Of a DNA stretch of 59,018 nt, positions 29,535-38,991 are shown one piece after another; the stretch's first letter is position 1, and each line of letters opens with the position of its first letter. Position numbers and translations under genes: made by a program. Location: positions 10,772-69,789 of the forward strand of contig JAFLUW010000001.1 of NCBI GenBank assembly GCA_022508615.1, written 5' to 3'. The notes under the pieces were generated by a model that had not been told where the DNA came from, did no database searches, and was given only the letters and a program-made list of their open reading frames with translations. The DNA is from Prevotellaceae bacterium. GTDB taxonomy: Bacteria; Bacteroidota; Bacteroidia; Bacteroidales; Bacteroidaceae.

Positions 29535-31487
29535 TCAGACGGAGAGCACGCGCTCGCCCAAGAGGCCGGCCAATTTCTTTTCAATCTCCGTCAGGCGGGC
29601 GAAGCGGCGCATCACGTCGGCCGCCCGTTCCTTGTCGGCGGCTGTCGCGGGGTCGCGCAGGGCGTCGAGCAGCTCGCGCTTGCGGTGGCGCAGAATGGCA
29701 TACTTGTAGTCGAGCAGCAAGTGGTCGACCACGTCGCCGAGACGCTGCTCTTCGGGCACATACTGCTCTTCGTGGTGCCGGCTCAGCACGTGCGGGCTGG
29801 CCGAAAGGCGCACGGCGAGCGCCGAAATCTCGGGGTCGGGGTGCAGCGTGAAGTATGTCGCGGCCTCCCAGCCCGTCTCGGCCGTGTGGGCCAAGCATTC
29901 TTCCAAGATGCGGCGGTGCAGCGGCAGGCTCATCTCGATTTCGTCGGCGCGAAGGTCGCCGGCGATGTATTCGGCCACGCTGAACGTGTGTCCGCTCTCT
30001 TCGTCGGTCAGCAAAGGCTGCTGGCCGTAGCGCACGACGAGGCGAACGAGCTCTTCTTCCTCAGCGTGGGGCCTCCGGCCGGCTATTTCTGCCGCGCCGG
30101 CCGGCTTTTCTTCGGCCTTTCCGGCTGCGGCTTCCGTGCCGGCACCCGTATGGTTCCCTGCATCGGGTGCCGGCGCCGACTTGGCGCCGCGCCGCGCTTT
30201 GGCAATCTCGCTTTCTACCAACTGTTCGCTCACGTTCATCATTCGGGCGCACTGCGCGATATACATTTGGCGCACTACGCGGTCGGGCACGACGGAAACG
30301 GAGCGGATAATGCTCTGTATGAGCTCGGCGCGCCGCACGGGGTCGCCCGAAGCCTCTTGCATGAGCAGCTCGGTCTTGAACGTGATGAAGTCCGTCTGAT
30401 GGCGGTCCATGTAGGCGCGGTATTCGGCCGCCGTATGCTTGCGGGCGAACGAATCGGGGTCGTCGCCGTCGGGCAGAAGCAGGACTTTCACGTCTAATCC
30501 CTCGGCCAGCAGCATGTCGATACCGCGCAGCGAGGCGCGAATGCCTGCCGCGTCGCCGTCGTAGAGCACGGTGATGTGGTTGGTGAAGCGATGAACGAGG
30601 CGTATCTGGCCTTCGGTGAGCGAAGTGCCGCTCGAAGCCACTACGTTCTCGATGCCGCTTTGGTGCATGGAGATAACATCGGTGTATCCCTCGACCAAAT
30701 AGCAGCGGTCGGCCTTGATGATGGCCTGTTTGGCCTGATAGAGGCCGTAGAGTTCGCGGCTTTTGCTGTAAATGTCGCTTTCGGGCGAATTGACGTACTT
30801 GGCTTTCGTCTTGTCGGCCGTGAGAATGCGTCCGCCAAAGGCGACGACGCGGCCCGAAACGGTGTGTACGGGAAAAATGACGCGGCCGTGAAAGCGGTCG
30901 CCCAGCGTGCCGCGCTCCGTTTTGTAGCAAAGGCCCGTGCGCACCAAATAGGCTTCGTCGTAACCCGCGGCAAGGGCCTCGCGGCTGAGCGCATCGAAGG
31001 CCGGAAGGGCGTAGCCGAGCGCGAATTTGCGGATAATGTCGTCGCGAAAGCCGCGCTGGCGAAAGTATGCCTTGCCAATGGCCACGCCGTCGGTCGTTTC
31101 GTGAAGCAGACGCTGAAAGTATTCGGCCGCCCACGCGTTGAGGGCATACATGCTCTCGCGCTCGTTCTGCTCGCGGCGCTCTTCGTCGGTCTGTTCCTTG
31201 TCGCGCACCTCGATGCCGTACTTTCGTCCGAGCCAACGCAGGGCTTCGGGGTAGGTCATCTGCTCGTGTTCCATGAGAAAGTGCACGACGTTGCCGCCTT
31301 TTCCGCACGAGAAGCATTTGCATATCTGCCGCGCCGGCGACACCATGAACGAGGGCGTTTTTTCGTCGTGAAAGGGGCACAATCCCTTGAAGTTGGCGCC
31401 ACTGCGGCGGAGATTGACAAATTCGCCCACCACTTCGACGATGTCGGCGGTAGTCATGAGGCGGTCTATGGTCGTGCGGTCTATCAT
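29535..31487 (-). CDS. dnaG: DNA primase
   Basis: CPFHDEKTPSF zinc finger, KYVNSPE, VEGYTDV, YDGD, DPD. Confidence 0.97.
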   Translation of the reverse strand: MIDRTTIDRLMTTADIVEVVGEFVNLRRSGANFKGLCPFHDEKTPSFMVSPARQICKCFSCGKGGNVVHFLMEHEQMTYPEALRWLGRKYGIEVRDKEQTDEERREQNERESMYALNAWAAEYFQRLLHETTDGVAIGKAYFRQRGFRDDIIRKFALGYALPAFDALSREALAAGYDEAYLVRTGLCYKTERGTLGDRFHGRVIFPVHTVSGRVVAFGGRILTADKTKAKYVNSPESDIYSKSRELYGLYQAKQAIIKADRCYLVEGYTDVISMHQSGIENVVASSGTSLTEGQIRLVHRFTNHITVLYDGDAAGIRASLRGIDMLLAEGLDVKVLLLPDGDDPDSFARKHTAAEYRAYMDRHQTDFITFKTELLMQEASGDPVRRAELIQSIIRSVSVVPDRVVRQMYIAQCARMMNVSEQLVESEIAKARRGAKSAPAPDAGNHTGAGTEAAAGKAEEKPAGAAEIAGRRPHAEEEELVRLVVRYGQQPLLTDEESGHTFSVAEYIAGDLRADEIEMSLPLHRRILEECLAHTAETGWEAATYFTLHPDPEISALAVRLSASPHVLSRHHEEQYVPEEQRLGDVVDHLLLDYKYAILRHRKRELLDALRDPATAADKERAADVMRRFARLTEIEKKLAGLLGERVLSV

Positions 31488-31672
31488 AGGTGGGGACAAA
31501 GTTACGACTTTTTGCGTTTAACGGGACTTTTTCGGCGTTTTCGGCCGAACAGCCGCCGGCCCGCAGAAATCGGGCGCCGCGGACGCGGCCGCACCGCGCG
31601 TTTTCCGGCCGAAAAACCTGGGCAAAAAGGCGCGAAATAACCCGCTGATTTTCAACAGGCAAGAGAAGCGAA

Positions 31673-31756
31673 AAACTTAGTCTGAGAAAGTTTCAACTTA
31701 GTCTGAGTAAGTTCGAACTTTCTCAGACTAAGTTTTGCGTATCTCAGCGATAGTTT
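31673..31756. repeat. 21-bp unit array, 3 units (F,F,R) plus a degenerate 4th
   Basis: AAACTTAGTCTGAGAAAGTTT / CAACTTAGTCTGAGTAAGTTC / GAACTTTCTCAGACTAAGTTT / TGCGTATCTCAGCGATAGTTT. Confidence 0.93.
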
Positions 31757-31885
31757 TTCGGGCGGCTTTGCAACGCGGAAAAAAACGGAAGTTTTCGGCG
31801 GGAAATGACCCATGCGGACATCTTCGCCGGCCGTTTTTCTATATATAATATATGGGTATGACGGCTTTTCCCGAATGTTTTTCTT

Positions 31886-31893
31886 ATCTTTGC
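31886..31893 (+). promoter_or_regulatory. Bacteroidetes -7 promoter element for the GH95 gene
   Basis: TATCTTTG about 30 nt before the ATG. Equivalent TAnnTTTG elements precede tamB, GT4, int, metG, argB, dnaG, nrdD, folK, ompA, ABC-F and rbr. Confidence 0.6.
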
Positions 31894-31924
31894 CCATGAT
31901 ACGATTCACGTTTAACCTGTTTTT

Positions 31925-34900
31925 ATGAAAAACTGCATTCGAAAGGCGGCATTGGCCGTCATGATGCTTGTTTCTGCCGCCGTTGTCAACGGGCAGAACT
32001 TGCCTGTGTTCAGCAACGACAACGCTGCGACATGGTATTTCATTCAATTCGTCAAAAATTCTTCCGTCATCGAAGACACGGGCAACAATCAGGAGTTGCG
32101 CAACCGCACGGCGCAGGAAGGAAGCGGAGCACAGTTGTGGAAACTCGTGGGCGACGAGAACGGCTGTACGCTTCATTCCCGCGAAGGGCGCATGTTGCTG
32201 TACGACAAAGGGAACAATCGTTTCCGGGCTTCGGCTTCGGAGGCCACGACAATGAGACTCGTGCGCAGCGCGGCCGGACACTGGGAACTGCAACTGGCCG
32301 ACCTTTCGCTCGCGCCGACGGCTACGTCCGTGGCGCTCGTTATCAACGGCGGCGACGGGCTCGACCACTATCTCGACTTGTGGAAACACGATTTCGACGC
32401 CTGCGGCCTGCGTTTTGTTCCCGAGCAGGAGATGGATTTCGACTATCAAACGGCTCCCGCTCCTGTCAGTGAGGTCGCTTTGTCGGGCAACGGGGCGGCT
32501 CCCGACGAGCCGCTGTCGCTTTGGTATCGCACGCCGGCTTCCAACTGGGTGACCGAGGCGCTTCCCATAGGCAACGGCGAAATGGGTGCCATGATATTCG
32601 GCGGCATCGCGCAAGACCGCATTCAGTTCAACCACAAAACGCTGTGGAAAGGCACCGCCGGAGCCACCGACTTGGGTTCGTATCTCTCTTTCGGCGATAT
32701 TTATGTGACCAATCGCAATGCCAAGACTTCGTTCAATTATACAAGGAGTCTCAATCTTCGAGATGCCATAGCCCGAGTCAATTATACGGCCGGCAGCATA
32801 GCCTATTCGCGCGAGTATTTCGCCTCTTATCCCGACAGTGTCATCGTCATCAAATACTCGGCCAAGACGGGCACGCCGCTATGTTTCGACCTCAGCTTCA
32901 TCAATGCGCAAGGCAAACGTGCAGTCTATGATTCCGACCGCGCAGTCTTCACCGGTCAGCTGGCCAACGGCATGATTTACCGCGCCGAGCTGCGTTTGCA
33001 GCTGACAGGCGGCACGGCTGTGGCTTCGCGCAAGGGCATCGCAATCGATAACGCAAAGGAAGTGACGATTTACCTGACCTGCGCAACGACTTTCGACCCC
33101 TTGTCGCCCACTCATTTTTCCGGCGACGACACTTCGCTGGCCGCACAGACCACTTCTGCGCTCGAAAGCGCTCTTGCAAGCGGGTATGAGGAGATTCGCG
33201 CCCGTCACGTGGCCGACTACGCCGCGCTTTTCGACCGGGTGGACTTCAAACTGGAGGATGCCCGTAACGACTATCCCACGGACCAGCTGCTCGTGCGCAC
33301 CGGAATGGCCGCATCGACGGCTATGACCGACATGCTGGTCTTTCAGTACGGGCGCTATCTGACGATCGCCTCGTCGCGCGGCATTGCGCTGCCCTCCAAT
33401 TTGCAAGGCATCTGGAACAAAGACGGCAACGCTACCTCTAATGCGGTATGGGCGTCGGATATTCATTCCAATATCAATGTTCAGATGAACTATTGGCCGG
33501 TAGAATCCACCAATCTGAGCGAATGTCATCTGCCTTTCCTGCAATTTATCTACAACGAAGCCACGCGCGCCAACGGAACGTGGCAAAAGAACGCCCGCGA
33601 CCTCGGTATTTCCAAAGGTTGGGTGGTAAACACCGCGGGAAACATCTTCGGCGGTTCGAGCAACTACAAAATAAGAAAATACTCCGTGGCCAATGCTTGG
33701 TATTGCGAGCATTTGTGGCAGCACTTCACTTATACGCGCGACAAGGCGTTCCTGCGCGATATGGCCATGCCGTTGATGATTTCCGCCTGCGAGTTCTGGT
33801 TCGAACGGCTCGTCGAGGCACAAAACGGCGACGGCTCGCTGGAATGTCCCAACGAGTATTCGCCGGAGCAAGGGCGCGTGCAAAATGCCACCGCTCATGC
33901 ACAACAACTCGTGACGATGCTTTTTGAAAACACTTTGGCCGCCATCGATGTGTTGGGCGAGGAGTCGGGCTGCGACGAAACCTTCCGCACCACGCTCACA
34001 AACAAACTGGCACGGCTCGACCGCGGCCTGCGCATCGACAACAAAGGTCTGCTGCGCGAATGGAAATATCAGGAAAACACGCCCAATCTGCCGGCTGACC
34101 AAAACTATAACGCCAACGACGAGGCCAACGTATGGCAATGCCACCGCCATACGTCGCATCTCATGGCACTTTATCCGGGTTTCCATCTCGACCGGGGCGC
34201 TGACGCCGACTTGTTCAACGCCGCCGTCGCCTCGCTGAAAGACCGCGGCGATGTAGGCACGGGTTGGGCGCGCGCATGGCGCATTTCGCTTTGGGCACGT
34301 ACACGCGACGAAGAACAAACCTACAAAACCTTGCGCGGCTTCGCCCATCGCACCACTGCACTCAACTACGATTGGCACGGCGGTCTCTACGACAACCTGC
34401 TCGATGCCCACGCCACCTCCGTATTCCAGATCGAAGGCAACTTCGGCGCCACGGCGGGCATAGCCGAAATGCTGTTGCAGAGCCGTCCCGACTCGCTTGT
34501 TCTGCTTCCGGCGCTTCCCGCCGCTTGGGCCGACGGCCATGTGAGCGGTCTCAAAGCCATCGGCAACTTTGAAATCGACCTTGAATGGAATGACGGAAAA
34601 CTCCACACCATACATGTGCGTTCCCTGGCGGGCCAGCCGCTCGTATTGGCCTATCCCGGCATCGGCAGCGCCGTAGTTACGGCAAATTCCGCCGATCAAC
34701 CGCAGCTCGAAGCCTCCGGCCAAAACCGTCTGGCCTTTTCCACGGCCGAAGGAGGCTCTTACACAATCGTATTGCCCGGCAACGCCACCGGCATCGGCCG
34801 TACCGAAAACACGACAGCCGGCGGATTTCGCGTCAGCGGCCGTGCAATCCATTTCGATCATGCCGACGGAACGTCTATCCATGACATCGGCGGCCGCCGG

Positions 34901-34981
34901 TGGGGAAACGGCCAAACGTTACCCCAAGGTATTTATATCGTGTGCGACGGCGGCCCGAAACAACACGTTGTCATTATCTGA
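31925..34981 (+). CDS. Secreted GH95 alpha-L-fucosidase-like glycoside hydrolase with T9SS C-terminal domain
   Basis: Signal peptide; EALPIGNG, FQYGRYL, NLQGIW, NINVQMNYW, HRHTSHL, FQIEGNFG; C-terminal TGI..DIGGRR..GIYIV. Confidence 0.9.
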   Translation: MKNCIRKAALAVMMLVSAAVVNGQNLPVFSNDNAATWYFIQFVKNSSVIEDTGNNQELRNRTAQEGSGAQLWKLVGDENGCTLHSREGRMLLYDKGNNRFRASASEATTMRLVRSAAGHWELQLADLSLAPTATSVALVINGGDGLDHYLDLWKHDFDACGLRFVPEQEMDFDYQTAPAPVSEVALSGNGAAPDEPLSLWYRTPASNWVTEALPIGNGEMGAMIFGGIAQDRIQFNHKTLWKGTAGATDLGSYLSFGDIYVTNRNAKTSFNYTRSLNLRDAIARVNYTAGSIAYSREYFASYPDSVIVIKYSAKTGTPLCFDLSFINAQGKRAVYDSDRAVFTGQLANGMIYRAELRLQLTGGTAVASRKGIAIDNAKEVTIYLTCATTFDPLSPTHFSGDDTSLAAQTTSALESALASGYEEIRARHVADYAALFDRVDFKLEDARNDYPTDQLLVRTGMAASTAMTDMLVFQYGRYLTIASSRGIALPSNLQGIWNKDGNATSNAVWASDIHSNINVQMNYWPVESTNLSECHLPFLQFIYNEATRANGTWQKNARDLGISKGWVVNTAGNIFGGSSNYKIRKYSVANAWYCEHLWQHFTYTRDKAFLRDMAMPLMISACEFWFERLVEAQNGDGSLECPNEYSPEQGRVQNATAHAQQLVTMLFENTLAAIDVLGEESGCDETFRTTLTNKLARLDRGLRIDNKGLLREWKYQENTPNLPADQNYNANDEANVWQCHRHTSHLMALYPGFHLDRGADADLFNAAVASLKDRGDVGTGWARAWRISLWARTRDEEQTYKTLRGFAHRTTALNYDWHGGLYDNLLDAHATSVFQIEGNFGATAGIAEMLLQSRPDSLVLLPALPAAWADGHVSGLKAIGNFEIDLEWNDGKLHTIHVRSLAGQPLVLAYPGIGSAVVTANSADQPQLEASGQNRLAFSTAEGGSYTIVLPGNATGIGRTENTTAGGFRVSGRAIHFDHADGTSIHDIGGRRWGNGQTLPQGIYIVCDGGPKQHVVII

Positions 34982-35079
34982 TTGCCGGGCCTTTCTTGCG
35001 ATAAAGGTGCGGAAGGCAGAAAATTTCTCCCGCTTCATTGGCCGGGAAGCCGGCTGAAACCATAGTTTCGGCACATTCT

Positions 35080-35139
35080 TTCCCCTGCAACAAGCCCCGC
35101 AGGTCGTATCAACGACTTGCGGGGCTTGTTGCAGGGGAA
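35080..35139. terminator. 28-bp-stem inverted repeat between convergent GH95 and nrdG
   Basis: TTCCCCTGCAACAAGCCCCGCAGGTCGT-ATCA-ACGACTTGCGGGGCTTGTTGCAGGGGAA, one mismatch. Confidence 0.75.
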
Positions 35140-35151
35140 CAGCGCCGACTT

Positions 35152-35610
35152 TCAGCGCCGGAAGCGTGCCGTAATGTCTGAAAGCGTACCGTCGGTCTCC
35201 ACACGGTAGAGGCGCTGGTTTGTCCGCGGGTCTGAAAGCGGGCCGAGTTCGCTGCGCCACGGGCCGAGTTTCACATAGGCGAAGGCTGCGGCGTCGAAAG
35301 CCTCGGGCAGTTCTTGCCTGCCCGAATACCAGCCCGCTTTGAGGCCGGCGTCGCGCACGAAACGCGCCAATCGCGCCACCGAAGCGGGGTCGCCGTCGCC
35401 GCCCATGAAGCCTACGCAAGTAATCTCTTCGCGATAGCCCTCGATGAGCGCCGAAAGTCGCTCCTCGGTCAGCACTTCGCCCGTGTCGTCTTTGAGAAAT
35501 TCGCTGTGACAGCCCGGACAAGCGTTCGGACAGCGCGAAAGGTTGAGCGCCAGCGTCACTTCGTCGGGAAATTCCTGAAAAACAATGTCGTGATTGACGT
35601 ATTTCAGCAT
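35152..35610 (-). CDS. nrdG: Anaerobic ribonucleotide reductase activating enzyme
   Basis: Radical-SAM CPNACPGCHS, MGGD, TNQR; directly after nrdD. Confidence 0.92.
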   Translation of the reverse strand: MLKYVNHDIVFQEFPDEVTLALNLSRCPNACPGCHSEFLKDDTGEVLTEERLSALIEGYREEITCVGFMGGDGDPASVARLARFVRDAGLKAGWYSGRQELPEAFDAAAFAYVKLGPWRSELGPLSDPRTNQRLYRVETDGTLSDITARFRR

Positions 35611-35632
35611 CGCGTCGGTCCTTCGGTTGCGG

Positions 35633-37726
35633 TTAAGCCATTTTTCCGTAGTAGCGGCGCGAGGCTTCTTTCTGACGGTCGAGCGAGAAGTTGGACACGC
35701 GCTTGAGATAGCCGATGATGCGCGTCAGGTAGTCCACCTCATGCGAGTGGCAGCGGGGACAGTCCTTGAGATAGCGCTTGTCGATGTGCCCGCACTTCTT
35801 GCAGAGCGTGTTGGGAATGTTGAACGTGAAGTAGTTGCAGCCCTCTTTCGCCGCCACGCGCAGCAGTTGTCGGTATTGCGGTTGCGAAAGGTGCTCGTCG
35901 AGGTTCATGTGGAGCGCCGAGCCGCCCGTGAGATGTTCGATATATTTGCGTCCGTGCAGACGGAATTTCTCGATGACGTCGGTATTGGGGTCTTCTACGA
36001 TATAGAAATAGGAATTATAGCAGTCGCGCGGCACGAAATAGCCGTCTTCGCGGTCCCAACGGGCGTGTTTCACGCCGACATTCTCGGCCGGAATCATTTC
36101 GCAGTTGAACAGAATGTCCTTGCTGCGGTATTGGCGGTTGTATTTCTCGACAAGTCCGAGCACGTCGCCCACGAAGGCTGCGTATTCTTCGTTGTCCGAG
36201 ATGGTAAGCCCGAGACTCTCGGCCGCTTCGACCATGCCGTTCACGCCCACCGTGAGATACTGGCGCTTGATGTTGATATAGCCGGCGTCGAAAAGCGGAA
36301 GCATGCCTTTTGCAAGGAAATGTTTCAGATTTTCGTTGTAGGCCAACTGCACTTTGTGCACCAAGTCGACGATGCCTTCGAGATATTCCAGATACGAGCG
36401 GCCTTCGCGCGTGGCTTGCTGCACGCAGCGGTTCAGATTGATGCTCAACACCGACTTCGAGCCCGTCGACACGCCGCCGGCGCCCAGCGTGTAGCTGAAA
36501 CCGTTGTCCTGAATCTCGTTGCGCAGGCGGCAGCACGAAGCCAGCGAGTCGGCGTTGTCGCTCATGTAGGTGAAGAAGCTGTGGCCCGCGGCATACATTT
36601 CGGCCGTGAAGTCGGCGTACTCCTTATCCATCACATCGCCGTCCTTCGACAGGAGCGCCATCGTCTCGACGGGGAAAGTGAGCACCGTTTTCGTGCGTTC
36701 GGCGTTGAACCACCGCATGAAGCGCTTTTGCAGCCACGACAAAGCCTCCCATTCGGGCGCCGAGCCGTCGGGGAAGCGAAATTCACCGAAAATACTCTCG
36801 AAGTAGTATTTGTCGTAATAGGAAATGTTCCAGAAGACGGCCTGAAAGTTGCGCGCACCCGTCGGCTGATTGATCGAGTAGACGATTTGCTCGAAACAGT
36901 CGGTGATGATTTTGTCGATGGTGCGGCGGCGCAGCGAGCCGTCGACCACTTCGTCGGCGCGTTTGTAGTAGTCCTCGCCGTATTCCTGCTTGAGAAAGTA
37001 CGACATGTACATCAGAAATTCGGGCGTCGCGCAGGCGCCGGCCAGCATCGAGCTGACGATGAACACCATGTTGATGAAACCGCCGCAGAACGACTTCAGA
37101 TTGGTCGGCGCCGTCGAGTTGCCGCCGATGTTCGCCGTGCCGTTGAGCAGCCACGGGTACATCGTAATCGAGGCGCAGTAGTTGGCCAGATTCGTCTCGT
37201 CGTTCTTGTAGATATAGTGGTGGTCGAGCAGGTAGAGGTAGCGGTCGGCGACCTCCTTGCCGTACATCGCCTTGATTCGGTCGCACAAGAGGCGGCGGTT
37301 CAGGCGGATGAAGTTCTTTTTGGGCAGTTCGCTGATGAGCGTGGCGATGTTTTTGTTCTCCACGTTGGCGTTGGCGTCGTATTTCGAGCCGGTGGCAGCG
37401 TTCGTGCTGTCGCAATACTCCATGAGGAAGCGCAGTTTGTCAGCCACTTCGCGGTCTTCGAAGTGTTTCTGGCGGTAGAGCATGTAGCTCTTGGCGGCTT
37501 TGAAGCAGCGTTCGCTCATCAGCGCCACTTCGACCTGATTCTGTATGTCCTCCACGCTCATGCCGTTGCAGAATTTCAGCCGTTCGACGATGCGGCCCAG
37601 CTTTTCGGCGTCGATGGCCTCGCCCACGGCTGCGAAGGCTTTGAGAATGGCGCTCTTGATTTTTTCGAGCGAGAAGGGTTCGCGGGAGCCGTCGCGCTTG
37701 GTGATGTAGAAATTTTCGTAGCTCAT
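35633..37726 (-). CDS. nrdD: Anaerobic (class III) ribonucleoside-triphosphate reductase
   Basis: ATP cone (KRDGSREPF), NYC, SCCRL, PAEN, CxxC-CxxC, glycyl-radical motif TRIIGYL. Confidence 0.95.
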   Translation of the reverse strand: MSYENFYITKRDGSREPFSLEKIKSAILKAFAAVGEAIDAEKLGRIVERLKFCNGMSVEDIQNQVEVALMSERCFKAAKSYMLYRQKHFEDREVADKLRFLMEYCDSTNAATGSKYDANANVENKNIATLISELPKKNFIRLNRRLLCDRIKAMYGKEVADRYLYLLDHHYIYKNDETNLANYCASITMYPWLLNGTANIGGNSTAPTNLKSFCGGFINMVFIVSSMLAGACATPEFLMYMSYFLKQEYGEDYYKRADEVVDGSLRRRTIDKIITDCFEQIVYSINQPTGARNFQAVFWNISYYDKYYFESIFGEFRFPDGSAPEWEALSWLQKRFMRWFNAERTKTVLTFPVETMALLSKDGDVMDKEYADFTAEMYAAGHSFFTYMSDNADSLASCCRLRNEIQDNGFSYTLGAGGVSTGSKSVLSINLNRCVQQATREGRSYLEYLEGIVDLVHKVQLAYNENLKHFLAKGMLPLFDAGYINIKRQYLTVGVNGMVEAAESLGLTISDNEEYAAFVGDVLGLVEKYNRQYRSKDILFNCEMIPAENVGVKHARWDREDGYFVPRDCYNSYFYIVEDPNTDVIEKFRLHGRKYIEHLTGGSALHMNLDEHLSQPQYRQLLRVAAKEGCNYFTFNIPNTLCKKCGHIDKRYLKDCPRCHSHEVDYLTRIIGYLKRVSNFSLDRQKEASRRYYGKMA

Positions 37727-38145
37727 GGTGTATGTGTGATGGTTTGTTTTTCTGTTGTCCCGGGCGGGCATTGTTTTCCCGAAAGAGCGGCCGTCTGCCG
37801 TCGGGCGGCTGTCTGCGCGCCGTTGGCGTGCGGTTGCCGAAAGCCCGGCCGGCGTTGGTGTGCGGCCGGTGGTTCCCGGTTTCCCGTGCGGCGGTGCAGC
37901 GGGTTCCCGTTCGGTTTGTATATATGTTTTGTTCAGGCGGTTACGGCGATTTTACGGGGCAATCGTCCGCTTTCCCGGCGGCTGTTTCCGGGGGTGTTGT
38001 CCGAGGTGCAAAGATACGGGTAAGTTTTGTATTTCGGACGTGTTTTCTGCACTATTTTTCAGAAAACTTTTTTGCGAAAAAACGTTCAAAAGTTTTCCGT
38101 TTTGGGAAACTTTTGAACGTCAAACGTTTATTCCGGTTTGTTGTT

Positions 38146-38574
38146 TCAGCGCACGAGCGCGGCCACGGCCAAGGCGTAACTTTCCGTGCCGAAGCCGCAG
38201 ATTACGCCCCGGCAGACGGCCGAAATGAGCGAGCGGTGGCGAAACTCCTCGCGGCGGTGCACGTTCGATAGGTGTACCTCGACCACATCCATCCCCCCGA
38301 CGGCGGCGATGGCGTCGCGCAGCGCCACGGACGTGTGTGTGTAGGCGCCGGCGTTGAGCACGACGCCGGCATATCCGCCTTCGCGCCACGCGGCGTGCAG
38401 CCGGTCGACGAGCGCGCCCTCGCAGTTGCTCTGAAAGTGGTCGAAATGCACGTCGGGAAAGCGTCGGGCGAGCGATTCGACGAGTTCGTCGAGCGTCGTG
38501 TTGCCATAAATTTCGGGTTCGCGCGTGCCCAGAAGGTTCAGGTTGGGGCCGTTGAGAAGGAGTATCTTTTTCAT
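38146..38574 (-). CDS. aroQ: Type II 3-dehydroquinate dehydratase
   Basis: [38 protein letters not shown]. Confidence 0.97.
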   Translation of the reverse strand: MKKILLLNGPNLNLLGTREPEIYGNTTLDELVESLARRFPDVHFDHFQSNCEGALVDRLHAAWREGGYAGVVLNAGAYTHTSVALRDAIAAVGGMDVVEVHLSNVHRREEFRHRSLISAVCRGVICGFGTESYALAVAALVR

Positions 38575-38701
38575 GCTTCGGCTTTTGTGTGCGAAGTTAC
38601 GAAACGCCGCCGAGATTCCCGCGCCGCGCTGCGGGTTTATTTTTCGCGGCGTTCGGGCGCGTGTCGTAAGCGTTTGGGATACAGTCCCGTGGAGGAGTGA
38701 A

Positions 38702-38764
38702 AAACTTAGTCTGAGTAAGTTGGAATTTAGTCTGAGTAAGTTTCAACTTAGTCTGAGTAAGTTC
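38702..38764. repeat. 21-bp unit array, 3 units (F,F,F)
   Basis: AAACTTAGTCTGAGTAAGTTG / GAATTTAGTCTGAGTAAGTTT / CAACTTAGTCTGAGTAAGTTC. Confidence 0.95.
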
Positions 38765-38991
38765 AGCCTGACGCCGACTTCGGTTTCTGCCGGCACGGCG
38801 TTTCGCGCTGCGGGCGGCGCGAAGGGGGCGCCCGGCGGGGCTTCGGAGGAGTTTTGCCGGGCTTGCGCGCGGCGGCCTCGGCGAAAAGCGCTACATTTGC
38901 GCTGCCTGCTGCCTGCTGCCTGCGGGGCTGCGGCGCGGCGTGCCGTGCGGCGGTCTTCGGGCCGGAGGGCTTTCATTCATCCGTATCTGTC

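Noticed and set aside
31637-31656. ATAACCCGCTGATTTTCAAC motif beside an array, similar to TTGATTTTCAAC at about 16715
   Set aside because: Only a short match in two places, too weak to call without a genome-wide scan.
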